64,000 bases of DNA, taken from assembly GCA_937903135.1 (NCBI GenBank), contig CALDAH010000028.1, positions 2,474 to 66,473 of the forward strand, in the 5' to 3' direction. Position numbers and translations under genes: made by a program. Shown one piece after another: positions 19,492-29,318 of the stretch. The first letter of the stretch is position 1. The number at the start of each line of letters is the position of its first letter. The notes under the pieces were generated by a model that was not told the origin of the DNA, ran no database searches, and was given only the letters and a program-made list of their open reading frames with translations. Source of the DNA: an uncultured Alphaproteobacteria bacterium (GTDB lineage Bacteria; Pseudomonadota; Alphaproteobacteria; Rs-D84).

Positions 19492-21969
19492 TTAAAACTT
19501 TGTATGATTTTTTATAAACTCGCGCATATATGCCGGGTCAAAGTTTATCATAATCTCGGATAATGAATATTCACGACCGGTGCTGGAAATGTTAAGTTGT
19601 ATCGGCGCAGGTGCAGGCGACGTCCCGCGCAGAATAATATCTGTCGCGACTGTCATTTCACCGTCTGTAATCGCCATTATTCCCGTGGCATCAACGTGAC
19701 GAAGTTGTAATTCAAACGGGGATGTTGTTATAAAATTACCGTTTTCATATCGGCCGATGATATGCAGTTTCTTTAGCATACTTTGCCCGCCGCGCAATGC
19801 ATCGGATAATGCGTATTCGGCATTTAGGGTGGTTATTTTATCCGCCGCGGCATAAAATTCATCAAATCCGATGCCGGATATATATCCGCCTTGGAATGTA
19901 ATATCTGCGTCGCCGGCTAAATTATATTTAATATCATGTGCGATTTTACCGGATGTTGTCATGTTTATTTCTGCCGTAATACTGCTGTCGCTAATATTTA
20001 TTGGCATATCCGGTTTTAGCAGATAACCGTTTATTGCAAACTTATTTAATTGAACAGATATATTATATTTATTTTTAACCTTTTCTATGATCGCCAGCAT
20101 ATTCCCGCGGGAACTGTCGGAAATTGAAAACGTCTGGGTATTAGGTTTTAAAGAATATATAAAATTACCGTATTCGTCCCCGTTATATATAACCCGTGAC
20201 GCCGATAATGAAATATTTGCATTTAAATCAAACGGCAGCATAACCGGCGACATAGTTAAAAATTCCATTTCGGCATAATTATCCAGGTATTCCTGGTTAA
20301 CAAACGCATCCAGGTTAAATAGATCTGTATGCAGGGTAATCTGATCCCCGGATATGTTGCCGGTAAATTCTTGGCCCGCGATATTAATTGTTAAATCAGA
20401 TACGTTTTTACTGCTATATGTTCCCGATATGGTATATTCCAGATTGTTTAATAAACGGGTGTCAATATTGGATGCCCAGTCTTTTATATTTTTCCCACGG
20501 ATATAAAAGCGATTATTTTCAGATACAAATGACCAGTTCCCGGAATGTGGTATAAACGTTAAACTGTTCGCATTCCATGAAAAATTCCCGATATCATTTA
20601 GCATAGTTTTAGGCAGAAACCAAATATCCGGTGCGATATCGTGTATGGTTTTATCATTGGCAAATGTAAACGATGCACGTGTTTTTTTATCATCCGGGGC
20701 GATATCAAATGTCCCGCCGATATCTGAAAATTGAAAATTTACACGGCCGGATTTACCTAATCTTTTCAGATGTTTTTTTATTTCCCCTGCATCCGGCATT
20801 GGTTGGTCGGATTGAATAAATATCTCGAATATATCATCCGTGACGGATATGCTGCCGGTATACGGGCCGTATGTAAAATCACTGCATTTCCAATCGTTCG
20901 GGCGACCCGATAGTATGCACGTGGCATTAGTTCCGTTATATGGCATATTTATCATTATATTATGCGCGCCGTTTTTATCAATTGTACCGCCGGTAATCGC
21001 GATATCATCCGCGATAATATTGGTAATCTGCAGTTCATCGTGCGTTCCGATCGCATTAATTTTTAGGTGTTTAAAATCAAAGTCTGCAAATTTAAGGTCG
21101 CCATAAAAATCCAGGTTAAAGCTGGTTTTATGAAAAATCCGGCTGGGGTTTAGCAGGAATGAAAAATCATAATCCATGTTATCGGATGATAATTGAATTA
21201 CTTTATCGCCGTTTGGTAACAGCTTAATATTTCCGGCAAAGTCATTCGCAACGATATTTGTAAAATCAAATCCATAAGCGCCGTCCCAGTCAAAGTTCAT
21301 AGACAGTGACACGGTTTGATTAATCACCGGTTCGGTGAATTCAAACCACTGATTAATATTATCGGTTATAATTGACATATGCCCGCGGGCACTGCCGTCC
21401 GCATATAGTTGCCCGGTAATGTTTAGGTTATTATTTCTGTTTTTAATATGAAAATCACCGTTGTCATAGTCTATGTCATACCGGTGTTGGTTTGTGCGAA
21501 CAATTCCGGAAAATTTTCCCTGCGAAACGGTTGCGCGGACAATCTCATAGTCTTTGTCCATAAACCGGGCGATGCTGTTGTTTATAGATATTTTGCTTGG
21601 GAAATTCTGTGGCTCAAGGCTTGTTATATTAATCTTTGCCCCATAAACACTGATTTGCCCGGATAGCTTTGCCCGATCAATATTAAACATATCGTGCAAC
21701 GGTATTGTAAACATTACAGCACGCGCATTGGCATCCATAACGGATACGTTATGTGCAACAATTGTTGCACGGCCGAGCAGACTAAAGTGAATATCCCCAT
21801 GAATCTGGGCCGCCATACCGGTCTGATCGGCGATTGCATGTTCAATTTTAGGCTTTAAACGATTTAAATTAATCATTGGCGGGATAAAAATAATTGCCAT
21901 AAAAATCCCGGCCAGCAATATAACAGCGGACCATAAAAATATACGTTTATTTTTAGGGTTTAATACCAT
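19492..21969 (-). CDS. AsmA-family outer-membrane biogenesis protein
   Basis: 825 aa. An N-terminal membrane anchor (IFLWSAVILLAGIFMAIIFI) is followed by LKPKIEHAIADQTGMAAQIHGDIHFSLLGRATIVAHNV, typical of AsmA N-termini, then a long beta-rich body. Confidence 0.65.
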   Translation of the reverse strand: MVLNPKNKRIFLWSAVILLAGIFMAIIFIPPMINLNRLKPKIEHAIADQTGMAAQIHGDIHFSLLGRATIVAHNVSVMDANARAVMFTIPLHDMFNIDRAKLSGQISVYGAKINITSLEPQNFPSKISINNSIARFMDKDYEIVRATVSQGKFSGIVRTNQHRYDIDYDNGDFHIKNRNNNLNITGQLYADGSARGHMSIITDNINQWFEFTEPVINQTVSLSMNFDWDGAYGFDFTNIVANDFAGNIKLLPNGDKVIQLSSDNMDYDFSFLLNPSRIFHKTSFNLDFYGDLKFADFDFKHLKINAIGTHDELQITNIIADDIAITGGTIDKNGAHNIMINMPYNGTNATCILSGRPNDWKCSDFTYGPYTGSISVTDDIFEIFIQSDQPMPDAGEIKKHLKRLGKSGRVNFQFSDIGGTFDIAPDDKKTRASFTFANDKTIHDIAPDIWFLPKTMLNDIGNFSWNANSLTFIPHSGNWSFVSENNRFYIRGKNIKDWASNIDTRLLNNLEYTISGTYSSKNVSDLTINIAGQEFTGNISGDQITLHTDLFNLDAFVNQEYLDNYAEMEFLTMSPVMLPFDLNANISLSASRVIYNGDEYGNFIYSLKPNTQTFSISDSSRGNMLAIIEKVKNKYNISVQLNKFAINGYLLKPDMPINISDSSITAEINMTTSGKIAHDIKYNLAGDADITFQGGYISGIGFDEFYAAADKITTLNAEYALSDALRGGQSMLKKLHIIGRYENGNFITTSPFELQLRHVDATGIMAITDGEMTVATDIILRGTSPAPAPIQLNISSTGREYSLSEIMINFDPAYMREFIKNHTKF

Positions 21970-22009
21970 TCTCTCTTCTCTTGTATTTTGATTATAATGA
22001 ATTATAGTT

Positions 22010-24007
22010 ATGCTTGTGAATAAAAAAATATTTAATCTTGAAAGTAATTATCAGCCGACAGGGGATCAGCCGTCGGCAATTGCTGAACTGGTATCCGGTG
22101 TTCGTGACGGTCGTCGCAGTCAGGTACTGCTAGGGGTTACAGGTTCGGGTAAAACATTTACCATGGCAAATGTAATAGCCGAGCTCGGACGCCCCGCGCT
22201 GATTATGGCACCGAATAAGATTTTAGCAGCGCAGCTTTATACGGAAATGAAATCATTTTTCCCGCATAACCATGTTGAATATTTTGTATCATACTATGAC
22301 TATTATCAGCCCGAGGCGTATATGCCAACAACTGATACGTATATTGACAAAGATGCGTCTATTAACGAACAGCTTGATCGTATGCGCCACAGTGCGACGC
22401 GTGCAATGCTAGAAGAACGCGACGTTGTCGTCGTATCGTCGGTATCGTCAATTTACGGTATGGGATCGCCCGAGCAGTATTCGGGAATGCGACTGGTATT
22501 AAATGCCGGGGATAAAATCGGAATAAAAGATGTAACCCGGGCGTTGGTTGATATTCAATATAAACGAAATGATACCGCATTTGAACGCGGGGATTTTCGC
22601 GTCCGCGGGGATATATTGGATGTATTCCCATCCCACGCCCAGGATCGCGCATGGAAGTTATCGTTCTGGGGCGACGAGATAGAAGAAATCTGGGAATTTG
22701 ACACGCTTACCGGGGCAAAGCTGCATCGGCTGGATAGGATTGCGATTTACCCAAATACGCACTATGCGACCCCAATGCCAAGTATACTGCAGGCAATCGG
22801 CCAGATACGAACGGATTTAGATGAACGGTTAAAATACTTCCGTGATAATATGAAGCTGTTAGAGGAACAGCGTCTGCGCGAACGTGTTAATTTTGACATA
22901 GAGATGATGGAATCTACCGGGACGTGTCGGGGGATTGAAAACTATTCGCGTTATCTATCGGGACGCGCCCCGGGGCAGCCGCCGCCGACGTTGTTTGAAT
23001 ATCTGCCGCGCGATGCTGTTTTGTTTATTGATGAAAGTCATGTTACCGTCCCGCAGATATCGGCGATGTCCCGCGGGGATCGCGCACGAAAGGAAACACT
23101 GTCCCAGTATGGATTCCGTCTGCCGGCGTGTATTGATAACCGGCCGCTGACGTTTGATGAATGGGATGCGCTGCGCCCGCAGACAATTTTCGTATCGGCA
23201 ACGCCTGCGGAATGGGAACTGGCCCAGGCAAACGGGATCGTATCCGAACAGGTTATTCGGCCGACGGGGCTGCTTGATCCGATATGCGAGGTGCGACCGA
23301 CCGAACACCAGGTTGATGACCTGTTGCATTCGGTAAAATCGGTCAAAGGGCGCGTGTTGGTAACCACACTTACCAAGAAGATGGCCGAACAGTTAACGGA
23401 TTATTTAAACGAAAACGGGGTCAGGGCGAAATACCTGCACAGTGATATTGAAACGCTGGAACGTATTGAGTTATTACGCGATCTGCGTTTGGGTAAATAT
23501 GATGTTTTGGTCGGAATTAATTTGCTACGCGAAGGGCTGGATGTTCCCGAATGCGAACTGGTTGCAATTATGGACGCGGACAAGGAAGGGTTTCTGCGTT
23601 CGACGCGCAGCCTTATTCAAACGATCGGTCGTGCGGCGCGAAATGCGAATGGGCGTGTAATTTTATACGCGGATCGCATAACGGATTCTATGCGGGCGGC
23701 ATTGGATGAAACGGCACGGCGTCGGGAAAAACAGATGGCATATAACACCGCGCATAACATTACCCCTAAAACCGTTGAAAAGGCAGTGTTTAGCGAGGTT
23801 GCAGAAAAAGAAGAAAAGACCGATAAACGTCGTCGCTTTGTTTATGATAAATCCGGCGGTGTAATGGATGCTGCGACGCTGCGCCGCGAGATAAAGGATT
23901 TAACGAAAAAAATGCGTCGTGCGGCCGAAGATCTGGAATTTGAAACCGCGGCCGAACTGCGTGATGCAATTCATAAACTGGAAGATGATTTATTGTTACT
24001 GGAGTAG
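22010..24007 (+). CDS. uvrB: excinuclease ABC subunit B
   Basis: 665 aa: YQPTGDQPSAI, Walker A GVTGSGKTFT, YYDYYQPEAY, DESHVT, helicase motifs, and a C-terminal UVR domain (EDLEFETAAELRD). Confidence 0.95.
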   Translation: MLVNKKIFNLESNYQPTGDQPSAIAELVSGVRDGRRSQVLLGVTGSGKTFTMANVIAELGRPALIMAPNKILAAQLYTEMKSFFPHNHVEYFVSYYDYYQPEAYMPTTDTYIDKDASINEQLDRMRHSATRAMLEERDVVVVSSVSSIYGMGSPEQYSGMRLVLNAGDKIGIKDVTRALVDIQYKRNDTAFERGDFRVRGDILDVFPSHAQDRAWKLSFWGDEIEEIWEFDTLTGAKLHRLDRIAIYPNTHYATPMPSILQAIGQIRTDLDERLKYFRDNMKLLEEQRLRERVNFDIEMMESTGTCRGIENYSRYLSGRAPGQPPPTLFEYLPRDAVLFIDESHVTVPQISAMSRGDRARKETLSQYGFRLPACIDNRPLTFDEWDALRPQTIFVSATPAEWELAQANGIVSEQVIRPTGLLDPICEVRPTEHQVDDLLHSVKSVKGRVLVTTLTKKMAEQLTDYLNENGVRAKYLHSDIETLERIELLRDLRLGKYDVLVGINLLREGLDVPECELVAIMDADKEGFLRSTRSLIQTIGRAARNANGRVILYADRITDSMRAALDETARRREKQMAYNTAHNITPKTVEKAVFSEVAEKEEKTDKRRRFVYDKSGGVMDAATLRREIKDLTKKMRRAAEDLEFETAAELRDAIHKLEDDLLLLE

Positions 24008-24010
24008 GGT

Positions 24011-24415
24011 ATGATTAAAAACGAATATATTTTACCGAATTTAGATGCCACGCATAAATTCGCACGTGATTTTGCCCGGCAATTAACCGCGCCCGTGGTC
24101 GTTGCACTGCACGGGGATTTAGGGATGGGAAAATCCGAAATCGCACGAACAATAATTCAGACGCTACGCGGCGACGATACTGTCGTCCCGAGTCCAACGT
24201 TTACAATCGTTCAGAGCTATGATGGGATTTCGCACTTTGATCTATATCGTATATCGGACGTGTCGGAATTAACGGAAATCGGTCTGCGGCATGCGATGGA
24301 TAATGATATTACATTAATAGAATGGCCTGATATCGCCGCGGATATTTTACCGAATGATACTATTCACCTTTATATCACCGAATATGGGGACGGGCGAAAA
24401 ATTGTTATAAAATAA
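24011..24415 (+). CDS. tsaE: tRNA t6A37 biosynthesis ATPase TsaE
   Basis: 134 aa: GDLGMGKSEIAR (P-loop), VPSPTFTIVQSY, HFDLYR, LIEWP. Confidence 0.85.
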   Translation: MIKNEYILPNLDATHKFARDFARQLTAPVVVALHGDLGMGKSEIARTIIQTLRGDDTVVPSPTFTIVQSYDGISHFDLYRISDVSELTEIGLRHAMDNDITLIEWPDIAADILPNDTIHLYITEYGDGRKIVIK

Positions 24416-24633
24416 TAATCCGTCATCGCGCAAAGAAGTAATAGAGCCGCCTGGGAAATCGTCCCTGTTGAATATATTTGCCGGCGAATGCATAGTGTTT
24501 ATGGTTATTTAATTATAACCGGCGCGAATGTAAATTCGCAAATGCGAACACTGCACATGCGGGCTTTTATAGCCCCGAACCCACATCCCTATGATTTGGT
24601 TTATCGCTAAATCTTAAAAGCATTGTTTGTATA

Positions 24634-24662
24634 GAAAATCCCGGGTAGATCCCGGGATTTTT
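24634..24662. terminator. bidirectional Rho-independent terminator
   Basis: ATCCCGGG-TAGAT-CCCGGGAT, flanked by GAAAA and TTTTT, between convergent tsaE and ftsA-rpe. Confidence 0.7.
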
Positions 24663-26427
24663 AATTCTGTGTTTTTTTTAATAAACTTTCCACCGCCAAT
24701 GGGAAATCCGAACTTTTCGCCAGATATGAACCGCTGACCAATAAATCCGCGCCCGCATCCCAGCACAATGCTGCTGTTTTATCATTTATTCCGCCGTCAA
24801 TTGTTATTGTAAACTTTAACCCGTATTTTTTTCGCGTCGCGTTTAATACCGATATTTTATGCAGGCATTCCGGATGAAATGCCTGACCGGCCGCGCCGGG
24901 GGTAACGGTCATAACCATAACCTCGTCAATGTCACGTAAAATCGGTTTTAATATCGCGACCGATGAATCCGGATTAAGTGCCACGCCCGCCCGACGACCG
25001 GCCGCCCGAATATTCCGCAGTGCCGCCCGCAGACCGGATGTATTCGTCGAGAGGATTACCGTATCTGCCCCGGCCGCGACGGCGTCCGCCGCCCATACGG
25101 TCGGGCTTTCCGTCATTAAATGGACATGCAGATGATCCGACGTATGGGCGCGAATATATTTTAGCTCGTCAATATTGCCGGCGATTTTATCAACATAAAA
25201 ACCATCCATTATATCTACGTGAATCATTGATATTCCGCCCGATTTAAATAATGAATACGTTGAATCACTTTTCATGTCAAAGCATAATGTGCTGGGTAAA
25301 ATCGGTATAAAACGTGGACGTTTTTTAGGTTTGGACCGAAAAATTGTTTTTAATCGGCCAAAACGCGTCGCCCAGCGCATATATGCATCACGGTGTGCCT
25401 GTTCGTTTTTCCATATTAATTCCGATAACCCGCGCAGTGCCGTGTCTGTGTGCATGTTTTCGGCGATAATCCCAAATGCATTTTCAAAGAAATCTACTGC
25501 GCCTTCTATCTCGGCCCCGCCGCCGGTTAATATAATCTTGGTAGGTTTGTATTTGGTAAATGCATCCATTGCTGCGTTTTTAATATCCGCGATAATATCT
25601 ACCATATGCGGGGTTACGATTTCATTAATATCCGCACGGGAAAAACCGTATGCCGTATCCGCCGGGGTAAAACGATCCATATCCTTTGGGATCAGACTGG
25701 CGACGGCGCATTTTATTCGTTCCGCATCGTCAAAATCAATACTTAGTTTTTCAGATATATCCAACGTTATATCCGTTCCCGCATGTGCCGTACGGTAATG
25801 CCATACCGGGCCGCGATCCGTCCATATTGACGCAGACGAAAACTGTGCCCCGATATCAATAAACATAACGTTTTCCTTGGGCCGGCGCAGCAGTGAGTTT
25901 TGTAAAAATTGTGGATCATAGAATGCATCTGACTGAATATGGGCACGACGCAGGATTGAATATAATTCATTTAGGCGTTCGGTTGAATAAAATATCGCAC
26001 CGAATGCAGATATTAGCTGACGATCGGTATGCCCGATCGGCGATAGCATATTCCGGGCACTGGGGGTATCGTATCGCAGTGGGATTATATGCATCGGATA
26101 AAAACCCGTCGGTGCGGTTATCTGGGATATCTGGTTTTGAATATCGGCCGGGCCGATTTTATGTTCCCCGTTCCATAGCGTACTTTTCGCGGCCATTTCA
26201 AACAACGATGGGCCAAAGTTCCCCGTGATATAGGCCGAGTCAAAATGCGTCCCGATCTGATGTTCCAGTTCGTCGACCACGGCGTTTATTGCCGCGACGG
26301 TATCAAAGCTATTAAACGAATATATTGCAGATTTATCAATTCGTGCCGACCGTATACGGTGCGCAATTCCGCGAACGCCACTGGATCCGATGTCTAAGCA
26401 TAAAAAAGATGAATCAAATAGGTTCAT
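24661..26427 (-). CDS. FtsA-like actin-fold cell-division protein fused in frame to a ribulose-phosphate 3-epimerase (Rpe) domain
   Basis: 588-aa single ORF. The N-terminal ~350 aa carry FtsA motifs: LCLDIGSSGVRG, MFIDIGAQFSS, GTDITLDISEKLSIDFDDAERIK, IILTGGGAEIEG. A basic amphipathic linker (RWATRFGRLKTIFRSKPKKRPRF) follows. The last ~220 aa are a full Rpe barrel: ILPSTLCFD, IHVDIMDG, HVHLM, MTVTPGAAGQAF, TIDGGIN, VSGSY. The junction is at about 25320-25335. Immediately downstream of ftsQ. Confidence 0.75.
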   Translation of the reverse strand: MNLFDSSFLCLDIGSSGVRGIAHRIRSARIDKSAIYSFNSFDTVAAINAVVDELEHQIGTHFDSAYITGNFGPSLFEMAAKSTLWNGEHKIGPADIQNQISQITAPTGFYPMHIIPLRYDTPSARNMLSPIGHTDRQLISAFGAIFYSTERLNELYSILRRAHIQSDAFYDPQFLQNSLLRRPKENVMFIDIGAQFSSASIWTDRGPVWHYRTAHAGTDITLDISEKLSIDFDDAERIKCAVASLIPKDMDRFTPADTAYGFSRADINEIVTPHMVDIIADIKNAAMDAFTKYKPTKIILTGGGAEIEGAVDFFENAFGIIAENMHTDTALRGLSELIWKNEQAHRDAYMRWATRFGRLKTIFRSKPKKRPRFIPILPSTLCFDMKSDSTYSLFKSGGISMIHVDIMDGFYVDKIAGNIDELKYIRAHTSDHLHVHLMTESPTVWAADAVAAGADTVILSTNTSGLRAALRNIRAAGRRAGVALNPDSSVAILKPILRDIDEVMVMTVTPGAAGQAFHPECLHKISVLNATRKKYGLKFTITIDGGINDKTAALCWDAGADLLVSGSYLAKSSDFPLAVESLLKKTQN

Positions 26428-26437
26428 ATGGCGGTTT

Positions 26438-27118
26438 TTATTTAACTAAAATTCGGGCGTGGTCACGCATATCTATGATTTTAATATCCTTAGATAAAAT
26501 GTGATGTTGGTTATTTAATATAATTAGTGATCCGATTGCAGCCGTCGGGTTTTCTTCGGGCAATAATACCGTAATGCCGTCGTTTGTTATTATATTCCAG
26601 CGACGATTTTCAATCCATTCCATATAGTTAATATTGCCTACCATATTATGGGCGGCATTTGTAATATCGGTTATATCATTTGGGATCGGGCCGTGAAATA
26701 CCACCGATGCCGGATCGCGTTCAGTCATTGGTTTATTTACAATTGTCCCGTCGGCCGATAGCGGGAAATAGCTGTCCCCGTCGGACCATTGGGCAACGGC
26801 GCGGTATAATTTAACCTTTACCGCGATATTACCATTTGGTAATCGGCGAACAGATGACTGTTTAACCCCCGGGACGCCCGCGACGCGTGCATTCATCGCA
26901 TCGAGGTCAACAGAATATGTATGTGTTCCGGGCGGTAATGCGACCGCGATTTGTAATGCGGACATATCTTTGTCGTTTTGATCGGCGGATATAGATATAT
27001 TCCGAACACGTGCAACCGTACCGTGGCCAAGTCCCGTCATAATAACGCGTGTTGAAAAATATATCGCCAAAATTATGGCAATAACAAAACAGAGCCAAAA
27101 CCATATAGAACGTTTCAT
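26438..27118 (-). CDS. ftsQ: cell division protein FtsQ
   Basis: 226 aa with an N-terminal TM anchor and POTRA-like LPPGTHTYSVDLDAMNARVAGVPGVKQSSVRRLPNGNIAVKVKLY. Located directly upstream of the ftsA-like gene. Confidence 0.75.
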   Translation of the reverse strand: MKRSIWFWLCFVIAIILAIYFSTRVIMTGLGHGTVARVRNISISADQNDKDMSALQIAVALPPGTHTYSVDLDAMNARVAGVPGVKQSSVRRLPNGNIAVKVKLYRAVAQWSDGDSYFPLSADGTIVNKPMTERDPASVVFHGPIPNDITDITNAAHNMVGNINYMEWIENRRWNIITNDGITVLLPEENPTAAIGSLIILNNQHHILSKDIKIIDMRDHARILVK

Positions 27119-27157
27119 GGTAGTAACTATATCATAAAAACGGTTAATGTAAAAGTT

Positions 27158-27538
27158 TTACATCGCACGGAGCAGATAACCGCGTCGGAACATGCATTTA
27201 CGGTATGAACCGACCGATTTAGACGTTGTATTTCGCGGCACAGACATTAGCGAACGCTGGCCGACGTCTTTGTACTCGTTTGACTGAAATGTTACCCACA
27301 GCCCGTCCCAGTCGGGCATTAAACCACTCTGGTTCGGGGCCAATAGTTTCGCAATACGCGAACGCGGGATATACGACGGCTTGGTTATTCCCAGGCACGC
27401 CTTGTGATCGCGGACGAATTGTTCGGTTGTAACCGCTTCGTTTTCCCAGTTAAGGACGGTCGCGTTATCAATACTGCCGCGATTAGGCGATGCACATGCA
27501 GATAATATTAAAAAAATCCCAAGGTATTTTATTCTCAT
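27158..27538 (-). CDS. lipoprotein, hypothetical
   Basis: MRIKYLGIFLILSAC has a lipobox. 126 aa. No family recognised. Confidence 0.5.
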   Translation of the reverse strand: MRIKYLGIFLILSACASPNRGSIDNATVLNWENEAVTTEQFVRDHKACLGITKPSYIPRSRIAKLLAPNQSGLMPDWDGLWVTFQSNEYKDVGQRSLMSVPRNTTSKSVGSYRKCMFRRGYLLRAM

Positions 27539-27613
27539 TACATGCATTATAATTTAATTGCCTTTATGGGGCAATAGTTTTTATAATAGGAAAAAGGGAC
27601 AAAGGAAAGAGGC

Positions 27614-27940
27614 ATGGCAATAACAGTTCAGAATTTTATTAAACTGGCCAACTATTATAACCAAACGGCGATGATTATGTCGGCGATTTGCGTAGAAAAA
27701 GGCGGCGTTGCCATTGATAATTACGTCGGGCGTTTCTTTGCGGCCGATGTGTTGGAATATATCGTGGAATACGGCCGACGGTTAACAGATAATCGCAATG
27801 AAAGTATCCCACCGGAAATCGCGGATTTAATTAAAAGATTCGCACAACAGTTCGAACACGTAAAACATCTAACGACGCCAATGCAAAAACCGTTCTATGA
27901 AATGACACTGGAAGAGTTTGAAAAGGTAATGAATATATAA
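27614..27940 (+). CDS. hypothetical protein
   Basis: 108-aa ORF with AAAGGAAAGAGG upstream. No motif recognised. Confidence 0.5.
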   Translation: MAITVQNFIKLANYYNQTAMIMSAICVEKGGVAIDNYVGRFFAADVLEYIVEYGRRLTDNRNESIPPEIADLIKRFAQQFEHVKHLTTPMQKPFYEMTLEEFEKVMNI

Positions 27941-27969
27941 CCATATGGTTTTATAACAAAGGGGACAGT

Positions 27970-29304
27970 ATGACTATTTTTAATTTATATCACAAAATCA
28001 TCGTGGTTATATCTCTGTTCATGGTATGCGGGTGCGCGTCACAGCAATCTAATTCCCCGCAATACGATACTGTAACGGTCATAGATAACCTGGTAATTGA
28101 TGAAAACGCTGTTCCGATTTTCCCGAAAAAGGCCGCACTGACGACCGATACCGCACGTCGGTTTTCAATTGATCTGCCAAAACGATGCCGCGTGGATTGG
28201 AATAACCAAAGTGTCGTATCCGTCGTCCCAGAGGAAAAGATTGAAATCGTTCGTTTATCCGTTGGTGACCCAATGCCCGCGTTAAATGTATCTGATTATG
28301 AATTCAAAGAACTAACCGTTCGCCAGGCATTGGATAAATTACTGGACGGGACAGATATATCCGTAATAGAAGACGAAGATTTATATGAAAAAATTACGGG
28401 AACAATTACATCCGGGCAGCTATCCGATGCCGTTGAATTAATGGCAAAGATGGGCCGCGTTTATTATTCATACGATGCCGCCGCCGGCGAGATTCATCTC
28501 TCGCATCGTGCGAAATGGATGATAAAGATGCCAAAGGATGAAACGATTATCATGGCACTGTTGGATGCAATGCACGGGGCGGATATGCGTAATCTTTTGG
28601 TTAACTGGCAGGATAAAACCGTTGTATTCGAAGGGAATTATCAAACCGAACGCGAGGTCGCAAAAATAATATCAGATATATCATCTAAGAAGTATATGAT
28701 TGCATGGGATATTGATGTTTATCGCGTATACCCGCGTACGGATAACCCGATCGTTTGGATGAACCTGCTGCCGGCATTCGGGGATAAAAATGTAAAGATG
28801 TCCATCCCGGGCGTCGTCGGACGTGCGCTGGTGGTAAGCCCAGAGATTAATACAAAAACATTACAAGAATTTCTGCACCAGCAGGCAAATGTTGTCCTGA
28901 TCTCGCAGGGGACATTTGCGATTCCGAACGGATGGCAGTCAAGATTTGATATCGGCCAATGCGGCAAAGAAGAACGCCTGGAAACCGATTTAATAATCGG
29001 GGCAACGGGGACGTACGGTAACTTTGGCGGGTATAAGAAAATTGATGCGAAAATTGTTCTGCGTACAACCGGCGGTGAACTATCGTCGTTTAATATCCCG
29101 TCAAGTGTTGGTGATAATTATGTAATTATCGGTATCCCAACGCATTCATTTGTAACAACGCCGGAAACACTGGTTTCCCCGTTCGCGGAACTGGTTGTAT
29201 TTATGTCACCACGCGTGATATCAATCGTTGATCCGGCAGATGTACCGACAAATGCTTTAACCCCACTGGCCGGGGACGCGCTGCGCGCATTTTTAAGTGA
29301 ATAA
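27970..29304 (+). CDS. secretin-like outer-membrane lipoprotein (possible type IVb PilN/BfpB-class secretin)
   Basis: 444 aa. Lipobox (LFMVCGCAS). N-domain-like ELTVRQALDKLLDGTDISVI. The C-terminal pattern ...IVLRTTGGELSSFNIPSSVGDNYVIIGIP...ELVVFMSPRVI resembles the end of secretin domains. The match is divergent, so the call is tentative. Confidence 0.4.
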   Translation: MTIFNLYHKIIVVISLFMVCGCASQQSNSPQYDTVTVIDNLVIDENAVPIFPKKAALTTDTARRFSIDLPKRCRVDWNNQSVVSVVPEEKIEIVRLSVGDPMPALNVSDYEFKELTVRQALDKLLDGTDISVIEDEDLYEKITGTITSGQLSDAVELMAKMGRVYYSYDAAAGEIHLSHRAKWMIKMPKDETIIMALLDAMHGADMRNLLVNWQDKTVVFEGNYQTEREVAKIISDISSKKYMIAWDIDVYRVYPRTDNPIVWMNLLPAFGDKNVKMSIPGVVGRALVVSPEINTKTLQEFLHQQANVVLISQGTFAIPNGWQSRFDIGQCGKEERLETDLIIGATGTYGNFGGYKKIDAKIVLRTTGGELSSFNIPSSVGDNYVIIGIPTHSFVTTPETLVSPFAELVVFMSPRVISIVDPADVPTNALTPLAGDALRAFLSE

Positions 29305-29318
29305 GGATATAGATTAAG

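Noticed and set aside
24416-24633. Possible sRNA in the 218-nt tsaE / ftsA-rpe convergent spacer, with small hairpins GCGAAT-GTAA-ATTCGC and GGGC-TTTTATA-GCCC.
   Set aside because: There is no convincing promoter, no long-range pairing and no dedicated terminator other than the shared bidirectional one. The evidence is insufficient.
25274-25798. 174-aa plus-strand ORF. The same class includes 29726-30286, 53771-54406, 37517-38023, 30900-31343, 8381-8710 and 8839-9240.
   Set aside because: All lie antisense inside CDS with strong family support (ftsA-rpe, lolC, GT2-like, addB, lolD, gyrB) and have low-complexity products.
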